Source: Octopus sinensis
Lineage: Eukaryota
Length of the DNA: 64,000 bases
Reading direction: 5' to 3'
Assembly (NCBI RefSeq): GCF_006345805.1
Contig: NC_043008.1
Coordinates: forward strand, 50,282,001-50,346,000
Within the stretch, counting starts at the first letter, position 1, and each line of letters begins with the position of its first letter. Shown here piece by piece: positions 40,257 through 52,699 of this stretch. A program made the translations under genes and the position numbers. Below the pieces are notes generated by a model. The model made no database searches, had not been told where the DNA came from, and worked only from the letters and a program-made list of their open reading frames with translations.

Positions 40257-40738
40257 GTGAAGGCGCATGGTTCATGGGTTAGGGCAGTGGTTCCCAAACT
40301 TTCTGGGGGTTGCTGCTCCCTTGACACCCAGACCACATTCCTAGTGCCCCCCCCACCCCAACTAACCATCACAAACATAGACCTTTTTCTGAAGCAAATT
40401 CAAAGCAACTATTTCACAAATAGAAATGAACCCATTATTTTGTTGTTTTCACATGAATCGCTACCCCCATTATCACCCCACTTTTCTTCAATGCCCCCTT
40501 GGAACTTTCAACTGCCCCCAGGGGATGGGGGGCAATACCTCCCACTTTGGGAACCACTGGGTTAGGGTATTTGGCTCACGATCATAAGGCTATGAGTTCA
40601 ATTCCCGGTGACGTGTTGTGTCCTTGAGCAAGACATTTTATTTCACATTGCTCCAGTCCATTCAGCTGGCAAAAATGAACAGCAACTATTTTCAAAGGGT
40701 TCGCCTTGTCACATTTTGTGTATCACACTGAATCTCCA
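40257..40738 (+). mobile_element. SINE family C interrupted by a hAT MITE
   Basis: Head GTGAAGGCGCATGG..GGTTAGGG resumes after the insertion with ...GAGTTCAATTCCC...TTGTGTCCTTGAGCAAGAC. Confidence 0.75.
40285..40559 (+). mobile_element. hAT-type MITE with 14-bp TIR and 8-bp TSD
   Basis: TIR CAGTGGTTCCCAAA / TTTGGGAACCACTG; TSD GGTTAGGG at 40277-40284 and 40560-40567. Confidence 0.9.
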
Positions 40739-40848
40739 ATGTATGTATGTATGTATGTATGTATGTATGTATGTACATATGTATGTATGTACGTATGTAT
40801 GTACATACGTATGTATGTATGTATGTATGTATGTATGTATGTGTGTAT

Positions 40849-40904
<56 letters not shown>

Positions 40905-42546
40905 ATATAACACCACACATACATACATACATACTGACAGGCTTCCGTATAGTTTCCTTTAACCAAATTCACTCACATCAGTCAGTCTGGGGCTATATTA
41001 GAAGACACGGGTCCAAGGTGCTGCACAATGGGACTGAACCTGAAACCACTATGGTTCACATAGCCAAATCTGTGCCCAAATGAATTAATCAATCCTAATT
41101 TAAAACTATTTATCCAATACTTACTAAACCAATTAAATTAATCTTTAATAAAAAATAATCTAATCAATCATTAGTAAATTTTATTTATCATTTTCTCATT
41201 CTCATTAACATTTAATTAACCAAACATTAATAAAATCTATTTTTATCAATTCTCAATTAAAAATTATTTAATCCTATTTAATCCAAAAATAATCATCTAT
41301 TCTTTATTTCAAAACCCTTATCAAAATATTTTAATTAATCTTTACTAAATCCATTCACCAACAGAAATCACTTAACCAATCATCATCGTCATCATCATCG
41401 TTTAACGTCCGTTCTCCATGCTGGCATGGGTTGGACGGTTTAACTGGGGTCTGTGAAGCCGGAAGGCTTCATCAGGCCCAGTCAGATTTGGCAGTGTTTC
41501 TACGGCTGGATGCCCTTCCTAATGCCAACCACTCTGTGAGTGTAGTGGGTGCTTTTTATGTGCCACCTGCACAGGTGCCAGACAGAGCTGGCAAACGGCC
41601 ACGAACGGATGGTGCTTTTATGTGCTACCGGCACGGGGGCCAGGCGAGGCTGGCAATGGACATGAGCGGATGGTGCTTTTACGTGCCAACGGCACGGGGG
41701 TCAGGCGAGGCTGGCAACGAAAATGTTAAATCGTTAACGAAAATGTTTTAACTGAAACCTTATTAAAATTATTTAATCACTACTGTAAAACTTATTTAGT
41801 ACAAAAGCACTTAATTGATCTCTATATCGAAAACTAATCAATTGTTACTAAATCTGTTTAGTCAATACTTACTGTTGAAAAAAATATCTCCAGTACAAAA
41901 TTAAACATGAGGACACTGTAAAGGCTGGAACAGAGAAGGAAACTCTTTATTTATGTTCTGAATTTCCTTGTGTTTACTGCAGCAAAAACTGAATGCTTTA
42001 ATATCCTGTGGCTTTGAGATTAGACATTCAGGAATAGAATAGTTTTTCCTTAAAATGGTGAAAAGGACACGACATTAAAGAATAAAAGATTAAAAAATGT
42101 GAGCTACTTAGAAGCTCGTTTTTTATCTTTCTTTTTCTTTACTTTTTTTTTAGTATTTGTTTCAGCCATTGTCCTGTGGCCATGCTACGGCAAACAGATG
42201 AACCCCAGGACTTTTTTTTTTTTAAACTTGGTACTTATTCCATTGACATCTTTTGCAAAATGGTTAAGTTATAGGGATGTAAACAAACCAACATAAAGTT
42301 TTCAAGAAAATCTGACATACATAGATATTTTCATTATTTTTCAAATTTTTTCATGAAAGAGTTTAATGGTGAAGGGGCAGTGTCTATGGTCTATGCAGGT
42401 TTTCCCCTAGACTGGTGGAAAACCCTGCATACAGATTGGAACCTGGTGTAAATTCACAGCTTACCAGTTTTCAGTCAAACCATCCAACCCATACCAGCAT
42501 GGAAAATGGATGTCAAATCTTGATGATGATGATGACGATGATAGAC

Positions 42547-42933
42547 CATACTTCACATCTGTCATCACCCAATTATCTTAATTATGTCTCACTTTCTAGA
42601 CTGCACATTAATTACTTTACTCAATTTTTATCCTCATAACTACAGTCTGATGGGATTTGGTTCCTCATTTTCCCCCCATAAACAACCACCAAGAGAGGCT
42701 AAAAAGCTGAACACTAAGCCTTCAATTTCACCAATCTGGAAGAAAGAAATCAGCATAGAAGGCTTAGCGTTCAGCTTTAGCCTCTCTTGGTGGTTGTTTA
42801 TGGGGGAAAAAATGAGGAACGAAATCCCATCAGGCAGAAGATGTGAGGATAAAAACTGAATGAAGTAATTAACGTGAAGTCTAGGAAGCGAGACATAATT
42901 AAGATAATTGGATGATGACAAATGTGAGGTATG
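42547..42933. repeat. Long inverted repeat / foldback element (~177-bp arms, 34-nt spacer)
   Basis: 42547-42723 aligns by eye to the reverse complement of 42758-42933 at roughly 85-90% identity. Confidence 0.85.
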
Positions 42934-43249
42934 AGAGATCGTAATTGGTGAGAGGATGCAGAGGCCATTGCAAGGATTTGTAGAAGAAGCAGACAAAGAA
43001 AAAAATGGAAATGTGAGCTTGAGGGAATATTGGCTGCTATTTCAAGAAAATCAAGCCTGTGCTATTGGTTTTTTTTTATTGATTGTTATAATTTTGCTTT
43101 TATTTATTTTATGCACTTATTTCTATTCCATACCCAATGATGATGATGAAGATGATGATGATGAGGAGGAGGAGGAAGAGGAGGAGGGGGATGCACGCAC
43201 GTGCGCTCACACACACACACACACACACACAGACATACACATACACACA

Positions 43250-43530
43250 CTCTTTTCAGTCATTTGACTGCAGCCATGCTGGAGCACCGCTTTTAGTCAA
43301 CAAATATCAACCCTAAGACTTATTTTTTGTAAGCTTAGTACTTATTCTATAAATCGCTTTTGCCAAACTGCTAAGTTATGGGGATGCAAACACACCTACG
43401 TAGGTTGTCAAGTGATGGTGGGGGAGGACAAACACGGACACACACAAATACATACACGCACACACATACAACAGTCTTCTTTCAGTTTCTGTCTACCAAA
43501 TCCACTCACAAGGCTTTGGTCGGCCCAAGG
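43250..43530 (-). mobile_element. SINE family B partial copy
   Basis: CATTTGACTGCAGCCATGCTGGAGCACCGC ... TCCACTCACAAGGCTTTGGTCGG. Confidence 0.75.
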
Positions 43531-44517
43531 TTATATATATATAAATTTTATTTCGTAATGAGATAAAAAAACCAAGGCTGTGTAGATATTAGAAGAAAAT
43601 CTACACAGCCTTGGATTTTAATCTCATTATGAAAAAAAATTCTTATATACACACGGTGACATATGACCAACGTTGAACCCCTTATTTGCATAATCACCAA
43701 ACCTGAAACTTAACTATGGTCTATCTCTAGCACTTATTCAGCATTACCTGACACCTTTGGGTCTCAATGACACCATTACCTCTCATAACCTATATATATA
43801 TAAGGAAAATAAGACAAGGTAGAAAATGGTAAAATAAATTTATCATGAAGTCCATTTTAGTACCGGTTTCTGTCTTTTAGACTTTTTCGATTAAGAGTAA
43901 AATAAGAAAAACAATTATATTGGAGAAAAAAAATTAAGTGAAATGTTTTGTAGATGTTTTCATAGTCTTTGAATAGGTAAATATTTCCATAGTTTTCAGA
44001 CAGTCTGTCTGTCTGTCTCTCTCTCTATTCCTGTGTGAATGTCTGGTAAGTAGGTAGGTAGTTAGGTAGGTAGTAGTAAATTTGAAGGAATAGTTTAGGT
44101 ACAGACAATTGATGGTTTAAGCAGGAGCAGCCAAAGTAGGAGGAGAAGGAGGGGAAAGAAGAGGGAGAAGGATATATATATATATATATCATAAGAAAAA
44201 TTCTCATATTAGGTTTTGGTGTAAAATGCACTTTTATTTATATTAATAGCAGGGAGATAGATCCCTGCCACCTCCAGCACCCAGACCTCCAAATCATGTC
44301 ATTTTGTCTTTTGTTGGTCTTGTCAATGATGGACACTCGACCGCTAGAAATAGCAGCGATTCGTCTCCCTACCAGCGATATATAGAAAAACAGTGCCAGA
44401 ACAGGTGTCGGTGTCTTGATTAGTCAGTGAGCTTGTTAAAACAATATTTATTAGTGACAGAGGCAGTAATATCCATACATACATGCATGCATACCTACTG
44501 GCCTGATAACTGGTGAG

Positions 44518-44805
44518 GAGTTTTGTTCCTTCTCGAGCCATCCCTGGCTCATAAGGGCCGGTTTCCTTGGCGTATAGGTTCCCCACCTGGACGGGATGCC
44601 AGTCTGTTGCAGGTGAGCTGCAAGATGCAGGAGGAAAGAGTGAGAGAAACTTGTGGTGAAAGAGTTAGCAGAAGTTCACCATTACCTTCTGTCGGAGTCG
44701 CATAGAGCTTAGGTATTTCGCTCATAAACACACACTTTGCCTGGCCTGAGATTCGAACCCACGATCCCTCGACCGCGAGTCCGCTGCTCTAACCACTAGG
44801 CCATG
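44518..44805 (-). mobile_element. tRNA-derived SINE (OR-like head, tail X variant)
   Basis: GGCCTAGTGGTTAGAGCAGCGGACTCGCGGTCGAGGGATCGTGGGTTCGAATCTC head. Confidence 0.8.
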
Positions 44806-44876
44806 TGGTATCCTGTTATGTCTGTTTCCCATTTGTTTGTGTATTTGTTATATGTTTTTTAACTCATTATATATGT

Positions 44877-44911
<35 letters not shown>

Positions 44912-45389
44912 AATCATCACCATAATCATCATCATCATCATTATCATTTAATGTCCATTGTTCATACACACACACACAGAAAACTAGATAGATAGATACA
45001 TACATACATAGATACATACATACATATGTTGGTGGGCAAATGTCATCTACTATAGCCTTTGGCCAACCATAGCCTTGTAAGTGGATTTGGTCAGTGAAAG
45101 CTGAAAGAAGCCTGTCGTACACACACACACACACATATATATACATGTGTGTTTTTGTGTGTCTGTGTTTATCGCCCACCACTGCTTAACCAGTGTTGGT
45201 GTGTTTACATCCCCTTAACCCAGCAGTCCAGCAAAAGAGTGCCGATAGTGTAAGTACCAGGCTTTTAAAAAAAAATAATGCTGGAATCGATTTGCTTGAC
45301 TAAAAATGCTTCAAGATGGTGCTCCAGCATGGCTGCAGTCTAACAACTTTAAAGCTAAAAAATAAACAAATGAATAAAAAAATGTATAT

Positions 45390-45550
45390 ACACATACACA
45401 CACATTTTATATATATATACACACATATATATATATACACATATATACATATATATATATATATCTAATATATATATATATATATATACACATATATATA
45501 TATATACACATATATACATATATATATATATATATAATATATATATATAC

Positions 45551-45587
<37 letters not shown>

Positions 45588-45604
45588 TATACATACATAC
45601 CTAC

Positions 45605-45635
<31 letters not shown>

Positions 45636-45671
45636 TACATACATACATGCATATATATATACACACATATA

Positions 45672-45744
<73 letters not shown>

Positions 45745-45769
45745 CATACATACACATATGTATATATAA

Positions 45770-45815
<46 letters not shown>

Positions 45816-45875
45816 CATACATATATATACATATATATATATATATACATACATATATATATATATACACATACA

Positions 45876-45954
<79 letters not shown>

Positions 45955-45957
45955 CAT

Positions 45958-45992
<35 letters not shown>

Positions 45993-46026
45993 CTGCTCAG
46001 TGCCTCTCCGAAAGAGAGAGAGGGAG

Positions 46027-46110
<84 letters not shown>
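45390..46110. repeat. Very long (TA)n/(TACA)n microsatellite block
   Basis: Visible directly; source of IY-rich ORFs. Confidence 0.95.
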
Positions 46111-46111
<1 letters not shown>

Positions 46112-46459
46112 TATTATACACACATGCCTGAAAGTAGAAGACATTTGCTCAGGCTGTCTTCCTAAACATGTCTGTTATAACAGCCTGATACGAAGCAGAA
46201 CAAACGTTTAACAATGCTCTTCCACTCACACGCTCGACCTTTCTTAAACAAAGACTGGCATTTCAGCTCAGCTAAATCTCTTTCTTTTTCTTTTCTTCTC
46301 TTCTCTTTTCTTTTCTTTTCTTTTCTTTTCTCTTGAACTTCGTATTAAAAAGTAGATATTCGGTTCAAAAGAAAGCAAAATAAAAATATTTGATAGGACT
46401 GACTGGTTTTATTAAATTGACTGAAACAGCTTTAAGATTACTGTCCATTTTTTTAAGGA

Positions 46460-46625
46460 TGTATTTCTTCCTCGTCGTCTTCTTCTTCTTCTTCTTCTTC
46501 TTCATTCTTCTTCTTCTTCTTCTTCTTCTTCTTCTTCTTCTTCTTCCCTTTCTACTCCTCCTCTCCTCCTCCCCTTCTTCTTCTTCTACTCTCCTCCTCC
46601 TCCTCCTCCTCCTCCTCCTCCACCT
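46460..46625. repeat. (TCT)n/(CCT)n polypyrimidine microsatellite
   Basis: Visible directly. Confidence 0.9.
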
Positions 46626-47479
46626 CACTTCCTCTTCCATACAACATGCAACAACATTCCTCGGAGCTTTTATATTCTGAATGGAGGTTTCGTGGCTGTT
46701 GAGCTGCATTCATTGAGCAAACGACTTCATCCAAGACGTTATCTTGCAATGTAAGCGACAACATTGCAGAAGAACCACAGGACCATTCTAACCATTTAAT
46801 AACAAAAACTCTTAATTAATTTCAACGAAGTATCAAAATTGTTCGTTACACATCTGTGACCTGGTCATTGACACAATTTCAGAAACACCTGTAACGAGAA
46901 ATTTATCTACTTTTGTTCTTCTTGCTTACCTCCTTGAACAAGGTTCTTCATTTCACATTGCTACAATCCATTCAAGTGTAAAAGAGTGCCTGTTGAGTGC
47001 TGGTGCAGCCACTAGAATAGCTAGAGTGTGTGCCACCCGGGACAGCCTTTCCATTCTCCTATGTAAAATTCTCCCCTGAAGATGGAAGCAGTGTTATCTG
47101 ATAATGGATCCAAGTAACTATCATTATTCTGGACCACCAAGCCACCAAAAACAACTGTTGGACTCATAAAACTCTACCCCCGGACCCCACAAAAAACATA
47201 TTACCTACAGCAGAACCAAAAGTGCTTCCCCTTTAAAAGTGTTGCCCAGGGCAGACGACCCCACCACCAAGGCTACATGAGTGGGTGCAGCCCTCACTCT
47301 CTTCAACTGTCACATTCTGATTACTTAACTGAGTTAAAGGTGAGCCAGATGATCAGGTGCCTATGTTTGCTCACAACTACTCAGGGACCTCAAGGCTACA
47401 GTAGAAAATGCTCAAGGTACTGCACTGTGGAACTGAACCCAAGACCACATGGTTGGGAAGCAAGCTTCTCAATCGCATA

Positions 47480-47892
47480 TACTCTTTTACTCTTTTACTT
47501 GTTTCAGTCATTTGACTGCGGTCATGCTGGAGCACCGCCTTTAGTTGAGCAACTCGACCCCGGGACTTATTCTTTGTAAGTCCAGTACTTATTCTATCGG
47601 TCTCTTTTTGCCGAACTGCTAAGTGACGGGGGACATAAACACACAAGCATCGGTTGTCAAGCAATGCTAGGGGGACAAACACACACACAGACATATATAC
47701 ACACACATACATATATATATACATATATACGACAGGCTTCTTTCAGTTTCCGTCTACCAAATCCACTCACAAGGCATTGGTCGGCCCAAGGCTATAGTAG
47801 AAGACACTTGCCCAAGGTGCCACGCAGTGGGACTGAACCCGGAACCATGTGGTTGGTAAACAAGCTACTTACCACACAGCCACTCCTGCGCC
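47480..47892 (-). mobile_element. SINE family B full-length copy
   Basis: Reverse match to 63281-63660. Confidence 0.85.
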
Positions 47893-48269
47893 TGTATGTG
47901 CAACATCTAATATGTTTTTGCCTTTTTTATTTTTCATTTTTTTCCCAATTACTTGTTGAATGGCACAATAATGACTTCTTTTATAGATCAAAGGACAAAT
48001 GAAATAAGATGTTGGGATGTTCATTCATTACCAGAGAGCACCTATGACAGCTATGAAGCTTCTATATGAGCACTCAGCCTTCTAAAAATAGTAGCCAAAT
48101 CTCTTGCAGATTAACACATTTCTGTCATTAAAAAGAGAAACATTTAATAATATATCCTTAGATATACTTATGTCTATGTAAAAACAAACAAATTTTATAG
48201 TCACAACTGAAAGTTCTTTAATCATAGGTCCACTTGAGCATTATTGACCAAGGGTTAAATAACATGTTA

Positions 48270-48670
48270 CAATAATCATGAGGTGAGAGAAATGTGTGGG
48301 GGTGAAGCTGTTTGATAAGAGGAAGACTGGGGATTTGATGGGGATGCTGGGGTTGGAGGAATCAGTGGAATGGTTGGCAAGGGTGAATGGAGTGAGGTGG
48401 TATGGACATGTGTCGAGGAGGAATGAAGAGCATGTTCTGAGGGGGGTGATTGCGTTTGAGGTAAATGGAGCACGAAAGCGAGGTAGACCAAGAAGAAGGT
48501 GGAGGGGACAGGTGGAAGAGGAGATTGAAAGGGTTGGTTTGAAAAAGGAGGATGTCCAAAACTAGGCAAGATGGCGAGATGGTGTGAGGGCAGTTGCTAT
48601 GGAACTGAGGTAGATCCAGCCACCCCCATTAACGAGGACAAAACCCGGATTTAAAACACTGGATGATGAT
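48270..48670 (+). mobile_element. 5'-truncated RTE-clade LINE
   Basis: ORF 48296..48565 contains WYGHVSRR...RKRGRPRRRW; the 3' tail ends GGATGATGAT. Confidence 0.8.
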
Positions 48671-48671
48671 A

Positions 48672-49312
48672 CAGTTCTATATTTAAGAGATGAAGAATTA
48701 TGTACATTATTTACATTGTTTACATTATTTACATTTGATGGATATTTGTCCTCATCTTGTTTGTTGTTAATAATAAAATAATGTACATAATGTACATAAT
48801 CCCTCATCTCTTAAATATAGAACTGGATGAGGATAATGCATAACTGTTCACTAAAACCAAGTGAAAGAGAAGGTAAAGCAATTAGAGGAACATCAATAAT
48901 AAGCGCTTAATATCTTAAGAGGTTGTGTGAAGTATTTTTCTGTTCTGCCATCTTTAGATAATAAATTCACATGAATTACAAATAAGCAAGTCTATAAATA
49001 GAATAAATAGGTCAAAGTATAATCTAGGTCAGAAGTTTATTGACCTTCTCAGCCAAGCCAAGTTTTCACTATCTGCTTCCATTGAAGTATGGTCCAGGCT
49101 GTTCCAGGAGCTTCCATTTCATCCTGTATGGTATTCCTTCTTCTCTTAAGTGTTATATGTAGTTGGCCAATGCTATAACATTGCACCACACTGGGACCCT
49201 AATTGAGGACTTGTGGTTATTTAATTGCAGCTTAAAGGGACTCTTAAAGAGGTTATGTTCAGTATTTTTGTTCTGCCATCTTTAGATAATAAATTCACAT
49301 AAATTACAAAAA
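48672..49312 (-). mobile_element. Penelope-like element remnant (GIY-YIG endonuclease C-terminus, direct and inverted terminal repeats)
   Basis: Minus translation ALANYI*HLREEGIPYRMKWKLLEQPGPYFNGSR**KLGLAEK; ~70-bp direct repeats at 48914-48982 and 49243-49311; 38-bp inverted arms at 48672-48709 / 48788-48825. Confidence 0.65.
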
Positions 49313-49441
49313 TTGCAGCTTAAACGGACCACATACGTGCGCGCACACACACACACACCACACACAGCATTACTATTGTGCAAAAGTGTCATAAGTCCAA
49401 AACGTTGCTTTTTCAGGTGTGCACACACACACACACACAAT

Positions 49442-49472
<31 letters not shown>

Positions 49473-49993
49473 ATACACACACACAGCATTACTATTGTGC
49501 AAAAGTGTCTTAAGTCCAAAATGTTGCTTTTTCAGAAAACGAAAAAATAGTTTCTCTATTCCATAGCAAAACCGTTGTACTAGACTTTAACAATTGTTGA
49601 GATCTTGGCATCAGAAGCAGCTGGAGATACGATAGTTTGACCAAAAAAACTGGCTATTGCCAGCAAAAATAAATATGGAAAAAATATGCATTTGGCCAAA
49701 TTTGGACATACGACAGTTTAACATAATAACAACCATGTAGAAAGTGACTGTCAAAGTGATAAATACACATAAATAACACAACACAATTTGAAGGGAAGAG
49801 AAGCCATGTTAGCAATTCTGCCAATCCACCATGGCTACCACTACCAACAACAACGACGATGATTATGATAATGCTGACTATGTTGACCATGATGATTTGG
49901 GATTCGACCGCTACAACCCTAGCCAAAAGACCACATCGACCTCAATGTCCACAGCCACAGCTAACATAACTGCAATCACAAGCACAATCACTG

Positions 49994-50615
49994 ACGATGA
50001 TGATGATGATGATGACGACAACGATGACGATGAAGATGATGATGATGATGATGATGACGACGATGATGATGATGACGATGATGATGATGATGACGACGAG
50101 GATGATGATGACGATGATGATGACGATGATGATGATGACGATGATGATGACGATGATGATGATGATGACGATGATGATGATGATAATGATGATGATGACG
50201 ACGATGACGATGATGACGATGATGATGATGAAGATGATGACGATGATGATGATGATGACGATGATGATGATGATGACGATGATGATGATGACGACGACAA
50301 TGATGATGATGATGATGACGATGATGATGATGATGACGATGATGATGATGATGACGATGATAATGATGACGACGATGATGATGATGATAATGCTGATGAC
50401 GACAATGATGATGATTACGGTGACAATGATGATGATAACGATTATGATGATGATTATGACAACGATGATGACAATGATGATGATGATGGCGACGATGATG
50501 ACAATGATGATGATGATGGCGACGATGATGATCATGATTACGGTGACAATGATGATGATGATGGTGATGATGAGAATGATGATGATGATGATGAAGTAGA
50601 TGATGGTGATGATGA
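49994..50615. repeat. (GAT/GAC)n trinucleotide microsatellite, ~620 bp
   Basis: Visible directly; source of poly-D/M/S/H/I ORFs in five frames. Confidence 0.95.
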
Positions 50616-51048
50616 TGCTTTCTTTTAATTACTACAATGCTACTCAAGTATGTATATATATATGTATGCATATATATAAATGTAGCGAATCTGTTTTCCC
50701 AGATTATGAATATATAATCATCTTCTTGAGTGTAATCTGCCACTTCAGGTGACAGGTAGTTGTGCAGATAACGTGTATTATTGCTGTACTTTATTAACAC
50801 TTGTGATGTATATATATATATAGCCATGACCACTCCATGGGAAAAAATCATAATTCTACACCCCTTACACCCTTTGAATAATTATGTATTTATAACATTA
50901 TCTTTCTGTCTTTTTCTGTGAATAAATATATACATCTATATATAAATATGCACACACACACATTTATATACTGCAAAGTAGATTAGGCTATAAATAAAAG
51001 CATGTAAAAATTGGGTCTAACAGATCATACATGTATGTGTATATTCAC

Positions 51049-51049
<1 letters not shown>

Positions 51050-51080
<31 letters not shown>

Positions 51081-51430
51081 GTAGGTAGGTAGGTAGGTAG
51101 ATAGATAGATAGGTAGGTAGGTAGATAGATAGATAGATAGATAGTTAAATAGATAGATAGATAGACAGATAGGTAGGTAGGTAGGTAGATAGATAGATAG
51201 ATAGATAGATGATAGATAGATAGTTAAATAGATAGGTAGGTAGGTAGGTAGATATATAGATAGATTTGATAGGTAGTCAGATAGATAGATAGACAGACAG
51301 ATAGATAGATACATAGACACACAGACAGACAGACTGATGGATAGATAGATAATTAGGCAAACAGACAGACAGATAGATAGGTGATTAGATAGACAGACAA
51401 ACAGATAGATAGACAAACAGACAGAAAGAC
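51050..51430. repeat. (AGAT/AGAC/AGGT)n tetranucleotide block
   Basis: Visible directly. Confidence 0.9.
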
Positions 51431-51467
51431 AGACAAAGATACATAAATACATTCGTGGCACTTCTTT

Positions 51468-51844
51468 GGTTATGACGACAAGGGTCCCAGCTGATACAAT
51501 CAACGAAACAGCCTGCTCGTGAAATTAACATACAAGTGGCTGAGTACTCCACAGACACATGTATCCTTAATGTAGTTCTCAGGGAGATTCAGTGTGACAC
51601 AGAGTGTGACAAGGAAGGCTCTTTGAAATACAGGTACAACAGAAACAGGAAGAAAGAGTGAAAGAAAGTTAAGTTGTGGTGTAAGAGTACAACGGGGTTG
51701 GTCCCCCACCCCATCCGCCAGAGCCTTGTGGAGCTTTAGGTGTTTTCACTTGATAAACATTCACAACACCCAGTCTGGGAATCGAAACCGCAATCCTACG
51801 ACTGCAAGTTTGCTGCTCTAACCACTGGGCAATTGCGCCTCTAC
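51468..51844 (-). mobile_element. Chimeric SINE: OR-like head/body with family C tail
   Basis: Head and body match 55899-56060; tail matches 353-530. Confidence 0.75.
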
Positions 51845-52087
51845 ATTAAATGTGTATGAATGTGGCTGTGATATGAGACATCTGCTTCCCAACGGCCTTT
51901 GGGGTCAGTCCCACTGTATGGCACTTTGCACATGGGTCTTCTACCATAGCCCCGAACCAACAAAAGCTTCATACAATGATTTGGCAGACGGAAACTGAAA
52001 GAAGCCCATTGTGTATCGCCATGTTGATTCGTTAGCTACTGCACGCATTTTTTTTCTCTCCTTCTTTCTGTGTTTTTCTCTCTCTGT

Positions 52088-52130
52088 GTATCTTTCTGTT
52101 GAAGAGCGTAGGCTCGAAACGTTTAAGACT
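52088..52130 (+). ncRNA. Minimal type I hammerhead ribozyme-like motif (degenerate core)
   Basis: UCUUU-CUGUUGA-A-GAGC(GUAG)GCUC-GAAAC-GUU-UAAGA: core, 4-bp stem II, palindromic ACGU stem III, 4/5-bp stem I. A6 appears as U. Confidence 0.45.
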
Positions 52131-52603
52131 TGGTTTTATTTATATTCCTGAGCGCCATACTAATACAATTGTTCGTTGGTTTCCACCTGCCTTCGTCTTT
52201 TGTTTATTTTCATAAAGCTTCCCGTTATATTATATATTATATATATGTGTGTGCGTATGTGTTATTGTCTTTCTGCCTTGACATTGCATGATAGTTGTAA
52301 AGGAGAGTCATGATCATACAAACAGTGTCTTTCATTTCCAACCTTTCATGGAAACATGTCTGGCCATGGGGAAATATTACCTTATTTGGAAACAGGTGAG
52401 GGTTGGTGACAGGAAGGGTATCCAAGCGCAGAAAATCTGTCCAGGCAAATCCCATTTGAGCCATGCAGGAATGGAAAAGAGGGTGTTAAAACAATGATGA
52501 CAATGACAACAATGATGATGATGATGACGACAACGACAATGACGATGTGATGATGATGATGATGATGACGACGACGACGACAATGATGATGATTATGATG
52601 ACA

Positions 52604-52635
<32 letters not shown>

Positions 52636-52699
52636 GGTGACATATAGGTGCAGGCATGGCTGTGTTGTAAGAAGTTTACTTCCCAACCACATGGTTCTG

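Noticed and set aside
40277-40284. Telomere-like GGTTAGGG (and CCCTAACCCTAA near 6330)
   Set aside because: One or two units only; the first is part of a SINE A-box duplicated as a TSD.
41083-41387. Mitochondrial insertion (NUMT) as the explanation for the G-poor tract
   Set aside because: Minus-strand frames examined have frequent TAA even in invertebrate mitochondrial code; no recognisable rRNA or tRNA. A control-region origin was not testable.
42956-43267. EF-hand-like DKEKNGNVSLRE in ORF 42956..43267
   Set aside because: The C-terminal half of the motif comes from a common short repeat (GAGGGA..TTGGCTGCTATTTC, also near 24350, 34310, 44345); the ORF runs into microsatellites; no supporting exons.
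45355-46211. IY/CV/HT-rich ORFs here and at 12052, 14409, 33223, 40706, 56441, 62390
   Set aside because: Translations of (TA)n, (TG)n, (ACAT)n and (ATCT)n microsatellites.
49831-50628. 265-aa poly-Asp ORF resembling acidic shell-matrix proteins
   Set aside because: Lies in a (GAT/GAC)n microsatellite open in five frames; no signal peptide or splice context; similar GAT tracts occur throughout the window.
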